Positions 1 to 10,390 are shown, counted from the stretch's first letter. The stretch is DNA of 64,000 nt from a virus (IMGVR_UViG_3300028591_000078:96001-160000); one strand, 5' to 3'. Numbers and translations are program-made. Notes: generated from the sequence alone by a model not told the origin.

Positions 1-983
1 TACATCTTAAGGAATTTTTCATTAGTAATAGTGATAACCTGATAGTTAGGACTATGACAATCATAAGTCGGATCAGGATTTATAAAAGTATCGGTATTAT
101 TTAGTCCAAGTATTCTAGCAAATGCACCAGAGTCACCGACATTTACTTTCGAATACAACTGAGCTGTTCTACCTGTACTAGAATCTATAAATATAGACAG
201 AGGATCATTTACACCACCAGTGATAAAACTTCTATTGATGATGGTTGGGAATACACCGCCCTGTCCGTTAGGCTTAGATCCTATATTAATGGAGAACTCT
301 TTATACTGTCTAGGGTTAATACCTTCGCCAGCTCTCCAAGAATCTGCCAAACAATGATCATGACCAAGATACTTCTTAGCATCTTTCATCATATCTATTG
401 CTTTATAGGTTATATCCATACCTACATTCTTTACATCTTCAATCGGAACTCCAGAGAGATCTGCATGAATTGTGTCATAGAATGCAGGGTTAGCTTTCAT
501 AAGATCGATACTATCTTCAAGATTGATAGTATTAGCAAAATACATAGAGAACTCATCGACTACACTCAGCTTAGTAAGAGCATCATCGATGATATTATTC
601 ATCTCTATATTAGACTTCTCTTTACGATATACTCTGATAAAGAAGTCATCTATATATTTCTTAATAGTCTTTCCTGTGATATTCTCTGGGAAGTATATAT
701 GTTTCGGTTCTATATTGCCACCAGCAAATATGATCAAATACCACATGATTAGATTGAAGAACAGATCGACCATATACAACTGACAAGATTTGCCATTGCT
801 GAAGTTTATGGTTACATATCCATTCTGCATTGTCTCTGTTTCAATACCATCTTTGAACATGTTAAGCAGACCATCATAATATGAGTTCCATGACGAAACC
901 GTGATATCTTCTATTGAGATATCACAAACTCCAGTCTTTGCAAACTCTGCAAATGGTCCATAGTTTTCATAGTGTTCTAACAT
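1..983 (-). CDS. Non-virion RNA polymerase beta' subunit, C-terminal part (truncated by window edge)
   Basis: Absent from the ORF track because it runs off the edge. Manual translation from ATG 983 (RBS GAAAGGGAG): MLEHYENYGPFAEF...GRTAQLYSKVNVGDSGAFARILGLNN...YDC, a bridge-helix-like motif of beta'. Preceded by an early-type TATATATTAT motif (1063-1072, minus). Confidence 0.8.
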   Translation of the reverse strand, partial: MLEHYENYGPFAEFAKTGVCDISIEDITVSSWNSYYDGLLNMFKDGIETETMQNGYVTINFSNGKSCQLYMVDLFFNLIMWYLIIFAGGNIEPKHIYFPENITGKTIKKYIDDFFIRVYRKEKSNIEMNNIIDDALTKLSVVDEFSMYFANTINLEDSIDLMKANPAFYDTIHADLSGVPIEDVKNVGMDITYKAIDMMKDAKKYLGHDHCLADSWRAGEGINPRQYKEFSINIGSKPNGQGGVFPTIINRSFITGGVNDPLSIFIDSSTGRTAQLYSKVNVGDSGAFARILGLNNTDTFINPDPTYDCHSPNYQVITITNEKFLKM

Positions 984-1116
984 TTATGCAACTCCCTTTC
1001 AAAGATATTATATTTAATAGTTTTAGGGTTTGTAGAACTTAAACCCATTCAACTTCATACATATAATATATATCCAAAACACAAAATAAGGACCAGGGAT
1101 ATCCCTGGTCTTATAT

Positions 1117-1518
1117 TTATTCTTTCACTTTAGCATACTCATCTGTAGTAATATACTCATCATTCATAAGTTTGAAAGCTTCTACAAACCACAATGTATG
1201 ATCTAACGGATAATTATGATTTACTACATTAGTCAGAGTAGCAGCCTGATTAGCTATATTTTTATTGGTAAAGAAGAGCCTATTACCAACAAGGTTAATA
1301 CAAACCCCAGTATCATAGAGATCTACACCTGTACTACCCTGAGTTATAATAACCTGATAGTCATCTTTCATAATCTTCATATCATCATCACTAGGATGCT
1401 GTGTTATAGTCATATTCCCAGTAGTAAGTATAACCTCAGTAGGTTCAAAATCAAACTCTAAACCTGTAACAGATCCGCTAAGTATATTAGCATGCCTATA
1501 TTCGAGTATCTTTGCCAT
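1117..1518 (-). CDS. Hypothetical protein
   Basis: 133-aa ORF with AAGGAGG RBS and a downstream hairpin terminator. Confidence 0.7.
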   Translation of the reverse strand: MAKILEYRHANILSGSVTGLEFDFEPTEVILTTGNMTITQHPSDDDMKIMKDDYQVIITQGSTGVDLYDTGVCINLVGNRLFFTNKNIANQAATLTNVVNHNYPLDHTLWFVEAFKLMNDEYITTDEYAKVKE

Positions 1519-1651
1519 AGTAGCACCCTCCTTTAAAATATTATATATTAGTTTCTAAATATATATTATTTGATTGAGACAAGAAAAGCCCGAGCTTTTA
1601 CAGCTCGGACTAATCTCAGTATAATTGGACAGGAGTTGAAACGTAGCAGAA

Positions 1652-2092
1652 TTACGGACGATGAGAAATATCGTTCTTAGTAAGGAACTTCGAGTTTGCA
1701 CCCTTAAGGTAAGCCTTCTGGCCCATACGTGCAACACGCTGACCCTTAGAACCATACTTCTTACGAATAGCAGCAAGAAGCTGTCTTTCCTTAATACGGT
1801 TCTTAACAAGCTTATCCCACAGCGGATCCTTTCTTTCCTTAGCAAGCTGCATAGCAGCCATTGTAGTACGACGAGTAATATCGTCATTCTTAGAAAGACG
1901 AACCAGTGTCTTTCTACCTATAAGCTTTTTAGCTTCAAGAATAGAGCAGTCCTCAGATTCAAGGAATGCCTTCTTATCTGCATCAGAGAGCTTAGAGAGA
2001 TCATCATATATAAATGCCTCACCGAGAGCATCCATATCCTGGATCTCAAAATCCTGAGCAGACTCATTGTAATTGGATGAGAAAATACCCAT
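1652..2092 (-). CDS. Putative virion (internal head) protein
   Basis: RBS AAGGAGG, late AACA-N6-TA promoter, xxE|S/A protease-type sites (YNESA, ILEAK), basic C-terminus. Confidence 0.6.
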   Translation of the reverse strand: MGIFSSNYNESAQDFEIQDMDALGEAFIYDDLSKLSDADKKAFLESEDCSILEAKKLIGRKTLVRLSKNDDITRRTTMAAMQLAKERKDPLWDKLVKNRIKERQLLAAIRKKYGSKGQRVARMGQKAYLKGANSKFLTKNDISHRP

Positions 2093-2241
2093 GATATGTG
2101 AATCCTCCTTAATTGGTATTGAATTTATTCAATTATATGAATGTTCTATACTATTGGAGTATATTAATTTATATGTTCTGAGAAACCTTATAATAATCCA
2201 CCAGGATAAATCATAAATAAACGAGAAATGGAGTGTATAAG

Positions 2242-4356
2242 ATGGCTACTAAAGGATTATCAGATATGATGGTAATTCAAAAATTTAAAGATGAAATTCG
2301 ACCTGTACTAAGGTTGACATTTCCACATTTATCAGATTATGAGATAGATATGGCTGTGGACTATTCTTGTATTAAGAGAATGAAGAATGGCCAAGCATAT
2401 ATAGACAATAATTATACCAATGTAAAGGTTGATACTACAGTTCTACAGCTTACTGAGTATATTCTGAGTAGAGAACCTATCATAACTACTCAAGGTGTAC
2501 TATTTAAGAAGCATGGAACTGTACCTAATCCATTATATAGTCTTATACAGGAATTCATAGATAAACGAATTGCTTATAAGAAAGAGATGTTTAAGTATCC
2601 TAAAGGTAGTGAGATGTTTGCAAAGTATAACCTGCTACAGCTCTTAGCAAAGCTGGATGCAAATGCTACCTATGGAGCCATGGGTATGTATAGTTGCGTA
2701 CTGTATAATATCTATGTAGCATCAGCTATAACTGCACAAGGCAGATCTGGAATTTCTGCAGCAATATTGCTGATGGAAGGATTCCTAAGTAATAATGTAA
2801 AATTCGGTTCTTTGAATGAGATAGTAGTATTCATCAAGAATATAATCACCGAGCCTAGAAGATACAAAGACTCAGATATACTTGATGATGATATTACTAG
2901 AGAAGAATGTTTTTATAAGATCATGACTACATGTGGATTTGACTATATTCCTACAGAGAAAGATATGCAGATAGTATGGGATATGCTAGGTCAAGTTACA
3001 CAAGAAGATCTGAATAGATTATTCTATAAGAATAATCTGTATAACTTCATGGACAATAGTAGTATGCGTAAAGCAGTAATCTATATCCTTCAGAAGTTGG
3101 ATAGGCCTTTCATGGATCCTAATAAACCTCCGAAGTGTATATCTGTAGAACTTGAAGAGTTCTATCAGATACTATTTGAGTATGTATATTATGGATATCA
3201 GTATATAGATAGACTCGATCGTACAGAGAATATGATAAGAAATGTATCTATTATAACAGATACAGATTCTACTATCATATCTCTTGATGCATGGTATAGA
3301 TATACTTTAGCATTCACATATGATGTGCCGATGGAGATTAAGAAGATAGTAATTAATCCATTCATTCATATTGATGTAGATGAGTGGGGAGATCCTAAGA
3401 AACCTTATCAGCCATTCGAGCATATTGAACCTGAATACGATTATGACTTTTATACAGATGAAGTAATAGAACGAGAGAAGTTCATCAATCCTATGAAGAT
3501 ATGTCCTCAGGAAGGATTGAAGTATTCTATCATAAATATCATGTCTCATATAATAGGAAAGCTTTGTGTAGATTATATGAGAAGATATGCAATCAATTCT
3601 CATTCTGTAGATAAGAATAGACCTGATTGCCTATTGATATTGAAGAATGAATTCTACTTCGAACGAGTTCTGAATACAGATAATAAGAAGAATTATGCTG
3701 ATATACAGAGACTTCAGGAAGGTAATATAGTACCAGATGAGAATGCTCTTGATGTTAAGGGTCTTCCGATGACTAAATCTACTCTTCCTAAGAAGACTGT
3801 AAAAGCTCTGAAGAGAGTACTTAGAGAAAAGATACTTGCTCCAGAGGTTATAGATCAGATAGATGTATTGAAAGCTATCAAGATAGTAGAGAAGGATATC
3901 TATGAATCTCTGCTTAATGGTAGTAAGGAATACTACATGCCAGTTAAGATTAAGTCTACAGCAGGTTATGAGAATCCTATGAGAATATATGGATATAAAG
4001 CAGCATATGCTTATAACGCTCTTAGACTTGATGGTATGGAGGCAATAGATCTTGATTCTAGAAACAGTGTAGATATTATGAAAGTAGATATTACTACTAA
4101 GAATATCGAGCATCTAGCTCAAGATAATCCTATACTATATGAAAAGCTTACCAAACTCTTATCAGAACCTGAGTTTGATGGTGAACTTAGCATGATAGCA
4201 ATACCACTAAATGAACCAGTACCAGAATGGGCAAAGCAATTTATAGACTTTGCTACTATCATAAATAATAATGTTTCTAACTTCCCTCTTGAAAGTATAG
4301 GGCTGTTTAGAAACAATAAGTCTAATGTTAATGAGAGTAATATTCTGAAGATATAA
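2242..4356 (+). CDS. Family B DNA polymerase, catalytic subunit (phiKZ/AR9-type, split)
   Basis: Motif B KLDANATYG, ITAQGR, motif C IITDTDS, KKNYA, DVKGL; no exonuclease or motif A seen. ORF track starts at GTG 2233; ATG 2242 fits the RBS better. Confidence 0.9.
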   Translation: MATKGLSDMMVIQKFKDEIRPVLRLTFPHLSDYEIDMAVDYSCIKRMKNGQAYIDNNYTNVKVDTTVLQLTEYILSREPIITTQGVLFKKHGTVPNPLYSLIQEFIDKRIAYKKEMFKYPKGSEMFAKYNLLQLLAKLDANATYGAMGMYSCVLYNIYVASAITAQGRSGISAAILLMEGFLSNNVKFGSLNEIVVFIKNIITEPRRYKDSDILDDDITREECFYKIMTTCGFDYIPTEKDMQIVWDMLGQVTQEDLNRLFYKNNLYNFMDNSSMRKAVIYILQKLDRPFMDPNKPPKCISVELEEFYQILFEYVYYGYQYIDRLDRTENMIRNVSIITDTDSTIISLDAWYRYTLAFTYDVPMEIKKIVINPFIHIDVDEWGDPKKPYQPFEHIEPEYDYDFYTDEVIEREKFINPMKICPQEGLKYSIINIMSHIIGKLCVDYMRRYAINSHSVDKNRPDCLLILKNEFYFERVLNTDNKKNYADIQRLQEGNIVPDENALDVKGLPMTKSTLPKKTVKALKRVLREKILAPEVIDQIDVLKAIKIVEKDIYESLLNGSKEYYMPVKIKSTAGYENPMRIYGYKAAYAYNALRLDGMEAIDLDSRNSVDIMKVDITTKNIEHLAQDNPILYEKLTKLLSEPEFDGELSMIAIPLNEPVPEWAKQFIDFATIINNNVSNFPLESIGLFRNNKSNVNESNILKI

Positions 4357-4369
4357 GAGGTATCATAAT

Positions 4370-5353
4370 ATGAACACAATTCTTACGCACACTGGAAAGA
4401 TCTATGTAGATGAAGAAAGGCAGCTTGAATTCCTTACCGTAGGAGACTACGGTAAGGAGAATAATATAAAAGCTAACTTCTTAGGACTGTATAATGAGAT
4501 AAATGGCGTAACTCATCATGATGTAGACTTATCTGAAAAATGGGTTGCAACAATTAGTACTCAGAAAGGTTGTCCAATGAATTGCAAATTCTGTGATTGC
4601 CCTAAGTATGGTTTTCATGGTAATGCAAGTTTTGATGATCTTTGTTATGAGATTGAGACTATACTGAAGAATGAAACTGTAAAGCATACTAAACGCTTTA
4701 ACGTTCATTTTGCTCGTATGGGAGAACCGACGTTTAATGAAAATATAAATAAGTTTGCAAGAGAAAAACTAAGAAGTCTTGTACAAGAGTACATTACTGC
4801 TGATACTATACATCCAGTGGTATCTACAATGCTTCCAAATAATAATCCTAATATTCTACCTTTCATATTTGATTGGGTAGATACTAAGAATTTCTATTAT
4901 AATGGAGAAGCTGGGTTACAATTCAGTATTAATTCTACAGATGAAAATCAGAGAGATCAGCAATTTTCAGGAAAGAGTTTAAGCCTCGATCAGATTTCTA
5001 AAATTGCAGATATGATACTCTATCCTGTAGGACGTAAATATACATTAAACTTTGCTGTTACTGCAGATACTATATTAGATCCTATATGGCTTACAAACCA
5101 TTTTGACCAAGAAAAATTCATTGTAAAGATAACACCGATTCATAAGACTCATTCAGCAGTGAAGAATAACTTCAATGTTACAACAGAGTATACAGATTTT
5201 GATGTATATCGTAAGTTTGAACAACCTTTGGTAAAACTTGGTTGGGATGTAATTGTATTTGTACCAAGTGAGGAAGAAGATAGTGATAGAATCACTTGTG
5301 GAAATGCATTAATAGTTAATAAGGAGGATACTAATAATGAAAACCAAGTCTAA
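4370..5353 (+). CDS. Radical SAM protein, RlmN/Cfr-like
   Basis: ISTQKGCPMNCKFC (CxxxCxxC), ARMGEP, QFSIN, C-terminal ITCGN. Confidence 0.85.
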   Translation: MNTILTHTGKIYVDEERQLEFLTVGDYGKENNIKANFLGLYNEINGVTHHDVDLSEKWVATISTQKGCPMNCKFCDCPKYGFHGNASFDDLCYEIETILKNETVKHTKRFNVHFARMGEPTFNENINKFAREKLRSLVQEYITADTIHPVVSTMLPNNNPNILPFIFDWVDTKNFYYNGEAGLQFSINSTDENQRDQQFSGKSLSLDQISKIADMILYPVGRKYTLNFAVTADTILDPIWLTNHFDQEKFIVKITPIHKTHSAVKNNFNVTTEYTDFDVYRKFEQPLVKLGWDVIVFVPSEEEDSDRITCGNALIVNKEDTNNENQV

Positions 5354-5678
5354 ATCCATAGCAAGAGCTGTTGTAACATCTGTTATATATCGTAATCTTG
5401 GCAAGTTACAAAAATATAAAAATAATACTTTAGATTATTATGCAGATACTAGGGATGTATCTAAAGTTATAGACTGTATGGTAGATACTATATCTGAAAT
5501 ACTATATGACAGTTTTAGATTTCGTACAGATAGCATTCCTATAATGCAATTAAATAAGACTATTGATGAAATGATAGAATGCATGATGCTTTGGCTAGAT
5601 AATGAAGAAGTTGCAACTGCCATAATACGTGAGATGATTAATAAGTACTTTGAAAATGATGATGTAAGTGATAAATAA
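5337..5678 (+). CDS. Hypothetical protein
   Basis: ORF with AAGGAGG RBS overlapping the end of the upstream gene. Confidence 0.65.
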   Translation: MKTKSKSIARAVVTSVIYRNLGKLQKYKNNTLDYYADTRDVSKVIDCMVDTISEILYDSFRFRTDSIPIMQLNKTIDEMIECMMLWLDNEEVATAIIREMINKYFENDDVSDK

Positions 5679-5705
5679 GACAAAAGATCAGAGTAGTGCA
5701 TTGCA

Positions 5706-6074
5706 CTACTCTGTTTCTTTTTTGTTTCTTTTGAATATCTTCTTATACCATGGAATAGAAGCCTGATCCTCAGGCCATTTACCTATAGCTTTTAAATGTT
5801 TTACTTCAGCTTTAACTCTATCTACGCGCTCTTCTTCAGTCTCTTGTGTATAAGTTATATAAGCCACTCCTGTATAAGTAAACTGTCTTACTCCAGTTAT
5901 TGTAGAAACTGTCTTAGAGACAGAAGTCATCTTAATATCTACACCAGTAATAGTGTGTACAGGAGGGTGTAAATTATCGTTTATATACTGATTTACGGTA
6001 CTCAGTATGGAAGAATGGGCTCTATCTTCTATAACAGAAGGTTCGCCCTTAAGGGATATGATATTGAACGTCAT
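5706..6074 (-). CDS. Hypothetical protein
   Basis: 122-aa ORF with GAAAGGA RBS. Confidence 0.6.
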   Translation of the reverse strand: MTFNIISLKGEPSVIEDRAHSSILSTVNQYINDNLHPPVHTITGVDIKMTSVSKTVSTITGVRQFTYTGVAYITYTQETEEERVDRVKAEVKHLKAIGKWPEDQASIPWYKKIFKRNKKETE

Positions 6075-6098
6075 ACAATCTCATTCCTTTCTTAGAGA

Positions 6099-6353
6099 TT
6101 AGACCTCTTCAATCTGTACTCCTTCGATCTGTGCTCTAACTTCAAGATTATACAGATACGAGCCCATAGCAGCTGCCTGCTTTTTTAAGATATCTATAGG
6201 AGTATTAGGCGTAAATTCAAGAGTTCCAGCTTCATATTTTACGATCATTTTGTGAAGCTTATCATATCTGATCTTAGTCTGATAGTATTCAGCCTTAAAA
6301 CGATCCTTATAATCATCTGAGAGCATAAGCTCTACTGTATCTTTTAACTGCAT
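6099..6353 (-). CDS. crAss001_48-like small phage protein
   Basis: MQLKDTVELMLSDDYKDRFKAEYYQTKIRY...QAAAMGSYLYNLEVRAQIEG matches the recalled family pattern; start reassigned to ATG 6353 after AAGGAGGA. Confidence 0.75.
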   Translation of the reverse strand: MQLKDTVELMLSDDYKDRFKAEYYQTKIRYDKLHKMIVKYEAGTLEFTPNTPIDILKKQAAAMGSYLYNLEVRAQIEGVQIEEV

Positions 6354-6439
6354 ATTAGTTTCCTCCTTATAAATGCAATATATACTATATAGTTTCCGGT
6401 ATAGTATTTTTATAAAAACCCATACTAAGCCAATATCTG

Positions 6440-6451
6440 AACATAAGAGTA
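6440..6451 (+). promoter_or_regulatory. Late (nvRNAP) promoter AACA-N6-TA, representative copy
   Basis: Same spacing at 10361, 13509, 33376, 34619, 41007, 55036, 56198, 56315, 58867 (+) and 15530, 17885, 40961, 43819, 59824 (-); matches the AR9 late consensus as recalled. Confidence 0.8.
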
Positions 6452-6480
6452 AATCTATCACTCTGAAAGGAGGAAGAATA

Positions 6481-8601
6481 ATGGTTGTAGAACAGAATAC
6501 TAGACAGCAAGTCATGTATTATGAAATGTCTACAAATAACAAATCGTTCTTAGACTGCTACTACTATCTAAAGTCTAAGGGAATCAAGAACTGTAAATTC
6601 CATTTGATTATATTAGATAAGGATCTTATAGGAGTAGATCCTCATGATCCTAGACTTAATGTAAGAATGAAGCAGAAGATTCTGGTTGAATGTCAGAGAA
6701 ACTACTTCTATTTCATTCGAAACGTTGTTAGGATACCATCTCAAGGTGGTCCGCCTGATAAATATAGAATGAACAGAGGCATGCTTGCCATGAACTTCTG
6801 TTTATGCTTAAATCTTGATATATACTTAGAGCTTCCTCGTCAGCAAGGTAAGACTATAGGATCAGTTGTATGGTATCTATGGTTGTATAACTTTGGTTCA
6901 CGAGACTCAATGATGATATTCCTAAACAAGAAGATGGAAACTGCTAAGGAAAACTTGCAGCGTCTTAAATCTATACGTGAACTCTTACCTTCTTATCTAC
7001 AAATGATTCAGCCATTTGACTCTTCTGGCAAGAAGATTAGGATTACAGATAACGTAGAATCTATGAAGCATCCTATAAACAACAATGTTATTAAGGTTCT
7101 GCCGTCTGCTCGTAACAAAGTAAATGCATCTAACCTCTTACGAGGTAAAACTATACCATTACTCTGGGGTGATGAGTGGGCATTCGTTCCATTCAATGAC
7201 ATTATCTGGATTAATGGTGCTCCTGCGATGCGTACAGCTAAGGATAATGCTAAGAGACATGGTGCTCCATATGGTGCATTACTCTCTTCTACTCCTGGAT
7301 ATCTTACTCAGCCTGAAGGTCAGGAGGCTTACGATATTATTAAGTCTTCTACTCCGTTTAATGAGGCTTGGTATGACTTTACTCCTCAGCAGCTTGAGTC
7401 TTTGCTTTCTGCAAATGTAAACTCCAGCTTCGTATATATCAGATACACATATCAGCAGCTTGGTCTTCCTGAGTCTTGGTTCAAAGATCAGTGTATTGAT
7501 ATGCGTATGAAGTGGGCTGATATTAGACGTGAAATTCTTCTTGAATGGTCTAGCGATGTCGAGAACTCACCTTTTACAAAAGAGCAGCTTGATATTGTAC
7601 AGCAGCTCGTTAAACAGCCTATTAAGCAGGTATATCTCCTTGGAAAGTATCTGTTTAATGTGTATGAAGAGATAGACTTCAGAAATCCTCCTATAATAGG
7701 GGTCGATGTATCTGGAGGTTATAATAGAGACTCTTCAGCAATTACTTGTATAGACTCTCTGACTACTAAAGTTATGGCAGACTTTAACTGCAACTATATA
7801 TCTATAGTAGATCTTACAAGAGTTATATATGAGCTCGTTACTAAGTATATGCCAAATGCTGTAGTTAATATAGAGCGTAATGGTGGTTTCGGAGCCTCTG
7901 TATTAGCTAAGCTTATTCACTCTTCAATTAAGAAGAATCTCTATTATGAGATTAAAGATAAGGTAGTTGAAGAGAGAACAGATGGTGTACGTATTATCAG
8001 AAAGACTCAGAAGACTAAAGTCTATGGTACTGATAATACAAAGCATGTAAGAGAAGATCTCATGGAGATCTTAAGAGAGAGAATGGAGTACCATAAGGAT
8101 AAGTTTGTATCTCCTATAATCTTCAGAGAGCTTACTACACTTGAAGTTAAACGTAATGGTAGAATAGAGCATTCTTCTACAGAGCATGATGATGCTGTAT
8201 TCTCTATGCTTATGGCTCTTTATGTATGGTATTATGGTCAGAATCTTAGAGAGAACTGGAATCTCATCAAGAAAGGCCTTACTACTGATGAAGCTCTTGA
8301 AGAGCCTGTATTTGGCTTAGAAGAAAAGTATGCTGATATAGTAGAAGAATTCGAAGCTATAGATAATCCTATGGTTAAAGAGCAGATAGATGCTCTTAAT
8401 AAAGCCAAAGGTAAGCTATATCATGAATTTGTCAAGGAGCAGATAGCTCTTGATAATGAAGCTATGCAAAATATACTTGCTACAAAGCTTGGTAGGCAGG
8501 CCTATGCACAGCAATTCCATGTTCCTGCAGAGAATTTGGAGAATATGCAGTATACTATTCCTAATAGTGTATTTGCTAACTTCTATAGTGATAATGATTA
8601 A
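6481..8601 (+). CDS. terL: Terminase large subunit
   Basis: Walker A LPRQQGKT, Walker B WGDEWAF, SSTPG, nuclease GVDVSGG and HDDAV; start ATG 6481 after GAAAGGAGG; late promoter at 6440-6451. Confidence 0.92.
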   Translation: MVVEQNTRQQVMYYEMSTNNKSFLDCYYYLKSKGIKNCKFHLIILDKDLIGVDPHDPRLNVRMKQKILVECQRNYFYFIRNVVRIPSQGGPPDKYRMNRGMLAMNFCLCLNLDIYLELPRQQGKTIGSVVWYLWLYNFGSRDSMMIFLNKKMETAKENLQRLKSIRELLPSYLQMIQPFDSSGKKIRITDNVESMKHPINNNVIKVLPSARNKVNASNLLRGKTIPLLWGDEWAFVPFNDIIWINGAPAMRTAKDNAKRHGAPYGALLSSTPGYLTQPEGQEAYDIIKSSTPFNEAWYDFTPQQLESLLSANVNSSFVYIRYTYQQLGLPESWFKDQCIDMRMKWADIRREILLEWSSDVENSPFTKEQLDIVQQLVKQPIKQVYLLGKYLFNVYEEIDFRNPPIIGVDVSGGYNRDSSAITCIDSLTTKVMADFNCNYISIVDLTRVIYELVTKYMPNAVVNIERNGGFGASVLAKLIHSSIKKNLYYEIKDKVVEERTDGVRIIRKTQKTKVYGTDNTKHVREDLMEILRERMEYHKDKFVSPIIFRELTTLEVKRNGRIEHSSTEHDDAVFSMLMALYVWYYGQNLRENWNLIKKGLTTDEALEEPVFGLEEKYADIVEEFEAIDNPMVKEQIDALNKAKGKLYHEFVKEQIALDNEAMQNILATKLGRQAYAQQFHVPAENLENMQYTIPNSVFANFYSDND

Positions 8602-8732
8602 TGAAGTAGGGCTTCGGCCCTACTTCTTATTTTCGTAAAAGTCAATATTTTCAAGTGCATATTATTCCTGTGAGTTGAGGAACAATTCGGTTCCCAACCT
8701 AAAATATCAATCACTTTAAGGAGGGCCTTACT

Positions 8733-10298
8733 ATGGCTAAGAAGAACATTAACAATCCTGAGAACGAGAACAACAAGAAGAATATCAACAATGAGGAAAA
8801 TGAGCAGCTTCATTTCGACGAAACTGCTGCAGAGTCTGAGACTACAAAAGCGGAAGTAACCAAAGTCAGCAAAAAGGGGGACAAAGCTGACAAGCCTAAG
8901 AAGGTAAAGAAGATAAAGGCAACTAAGAAACTTGACGATACCAGCTTGACTGCTGCTATACAGAAAAAGGTTGAAGAGGAGGTCAACCCTGAGGATATCA
9001 AGGGCAATCCGCTCTTCAATGTTCCCAAGAAGGTAACTGACTGGGAGCAGGTAGTGAAGGATATCAATATCACCACTGATATCGAAATGAGAGCTCTGAT
9101 AAAGCAGTTCTATAATGTATATCAGAGCAGACGTATTCAGGTCCAGAACCAGAACAGATCAATCATGCAGGGCTTCAGTAACAATGAAGCTGCTGACATA
9201 ATTGATGATAATGATCTGGAAGAAATGACAGATCTTATCAAGTTCCCTGCCCTTGCTGTGCTGGCGGACATGCAGCTGGAGCAGGAAAAGGCACTGAAGG
9301 GTATTATCGAAAGATATGTTCTGTCAAAGCCTATGGGACAGTACCTCACTTCTATAGTAGGTGTAGGTCCGCTGCTTGCAGGATCTCTCATGGGATATCT
9401 CAAGCCTACACTCTACTCCGGCGAATGGATCTCCTATGCAGGTCTCAATAACAATAATGATCCGTGGATTAAGGGTGATACAGTAAGTTACCTCTTCGAC
9501 AAATATAAGGTTCCGAAGATAGTAACCCCTGAGATCATAGGAGCAATATCTGCAGAGACAGGAAGATCTGTAAACAGAATAATCGAAGGTGCAAGCACCC
9601 TTGATGCTGAAGGAAACTCTGTGATCCTTAAAAAAGATCTTGAGAGTTATCTCAAGAAGCCTAACCATAACAGAGAGCTCAAGAAGGTTATCTGGAAGCT
9701 CGGCGAGTCTTTGAATAAGATCAGAAACAAGCCCAATTCTCTGTATGGTAAACTCCTTGCTGAAAGACAGGCTGAAGAAAATACTAACAATGAAAAGCAT
9801 TACTACATCCAGGAGGCAATTATATCTCTTGGATGGAGACCGGCTGATAAGCCTAAGGGATGGGTTTACAAGAAGAATCCTAACCTCACCCTTGCCGAAG
9901 AAGAAGAGCTTCTTAAGCAGGTTCAGTATGATATTGATAACAAGATATTTACTGATTTCAACAAGATCTCTCCTTCGGCAGAGACATTCGAGCTCTATTA
10001 CAATGGATACCTCAATAAGGCTCACATCCTTAACAGAGCAAAAAGGTGGGCTGCAAAGATCTTCCTGAGCCATGTGCATGATGCCATGTACATCGATGAA
10101 AAGGGTGAGCTTCCGCCTGTTCCTTATGTGTTCGCACATGGTGGACACTGCAGATACATCGAACCTGAAGTTCCGTTCAGCAAGATCTGGAGCTGGGTTG
10201 ACGATGAAGAGCTCAAGAGAAGAGCTCTTGAAGCATCTGCAAATACTACAGATAAGAGAGTCGCTAAGAGTGACAATCCTACAACTTGCTGGATGTAA
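8733..10298 (+). CDS. IS110-related Nop-domain protein, TasA-like (TIGR-associated), no nuclease domain
   Basis: Coiled coil MRALIKQFYNVYQSRRIQVQNQ; helix-hairpin LTSIVGVGPLLAGSLMGYL...WISYAGL; HNRELKKVIWKLGESL; C-terminal HILNRAKRWAAKIFLSHV...PVPYVFAHGGH; no N-terminal RuvC/DEDD or HNH motif seen. Confidence 0.75.
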   Translation: MAKKNINNPENENNKKNINNEENEQLHFDETAAESETTKAEVTKVSKKGDKADKPKKVKKIKATKKLDDTSLTAAIQKKVEEEVNPEDIKGNPLFNVPKKVTDWEQVVKDINITTDIEMRALIKQFYNVYQSRRIQVQNQNRSIMQGFSNNEAADIIDDNDLEEMTDLIKFPALAVLADMQLEQEKALKGIIERYVLSKPMGQYLTSIVGVGPLLAGSLMGYLKPTLYSGEWISYAGLNNNNDPWIKGDTVSYLFDKYKVPKIVTPEIIGAISAETGRSVNRIIEGASTLDAEGNSVILKKDLESYLKKPNHNRELKKVIWKLGESLNKIRNKPNSLYGKLLAERQAEENTNNEKHYYIQEAIISLGWRPADKPKGWVYKKNPNLTLAEEEELLKQVQYDIDNKIFTDFNKISPSAETFELYYNGYLNKAHILNRAKRWAAKIFLSHVHDAMYIDEKGELPPVPYVFAHGGHCRYIEPEVPFSKIWSWVDDEELKRRALEASANTTDKRVAKSDNPTTCWM

Positions 10299-10390
10299 TT
10301 CGGTAAGGAGATAATTTAAAAGGGGAGATTCGTCTCCCCTTTATTTTTCATCACTTTAGGAACACTTCAGTAAAAAGGAAGTGTTTTAAA

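Noticed and set aside
354-783. Plus-strand ORFs 354-752 and 523-783, and similar antisense ORFs (e.g. 9324-10148, 18702-19490, 27808-28626)
   Set aside because: Shadows of real genes on the opposite strand; no RBS or motifs
8733-10298. Active IS110 insertion sequence
   Set aside because: No DEDD/RuvC catalytic domain and no flanking non-coding ends long enough for a bridge RNA; it has phage-type promoter, RBS and terminator
10255-10298. Possible relic TIGR unit at the 3' end of the Tas-like gene (AGAGAGTC...TGACAATCC...)
   Set aside because: A single weak, in-frame match with the wrong spacing; cannot be distinguished from chance
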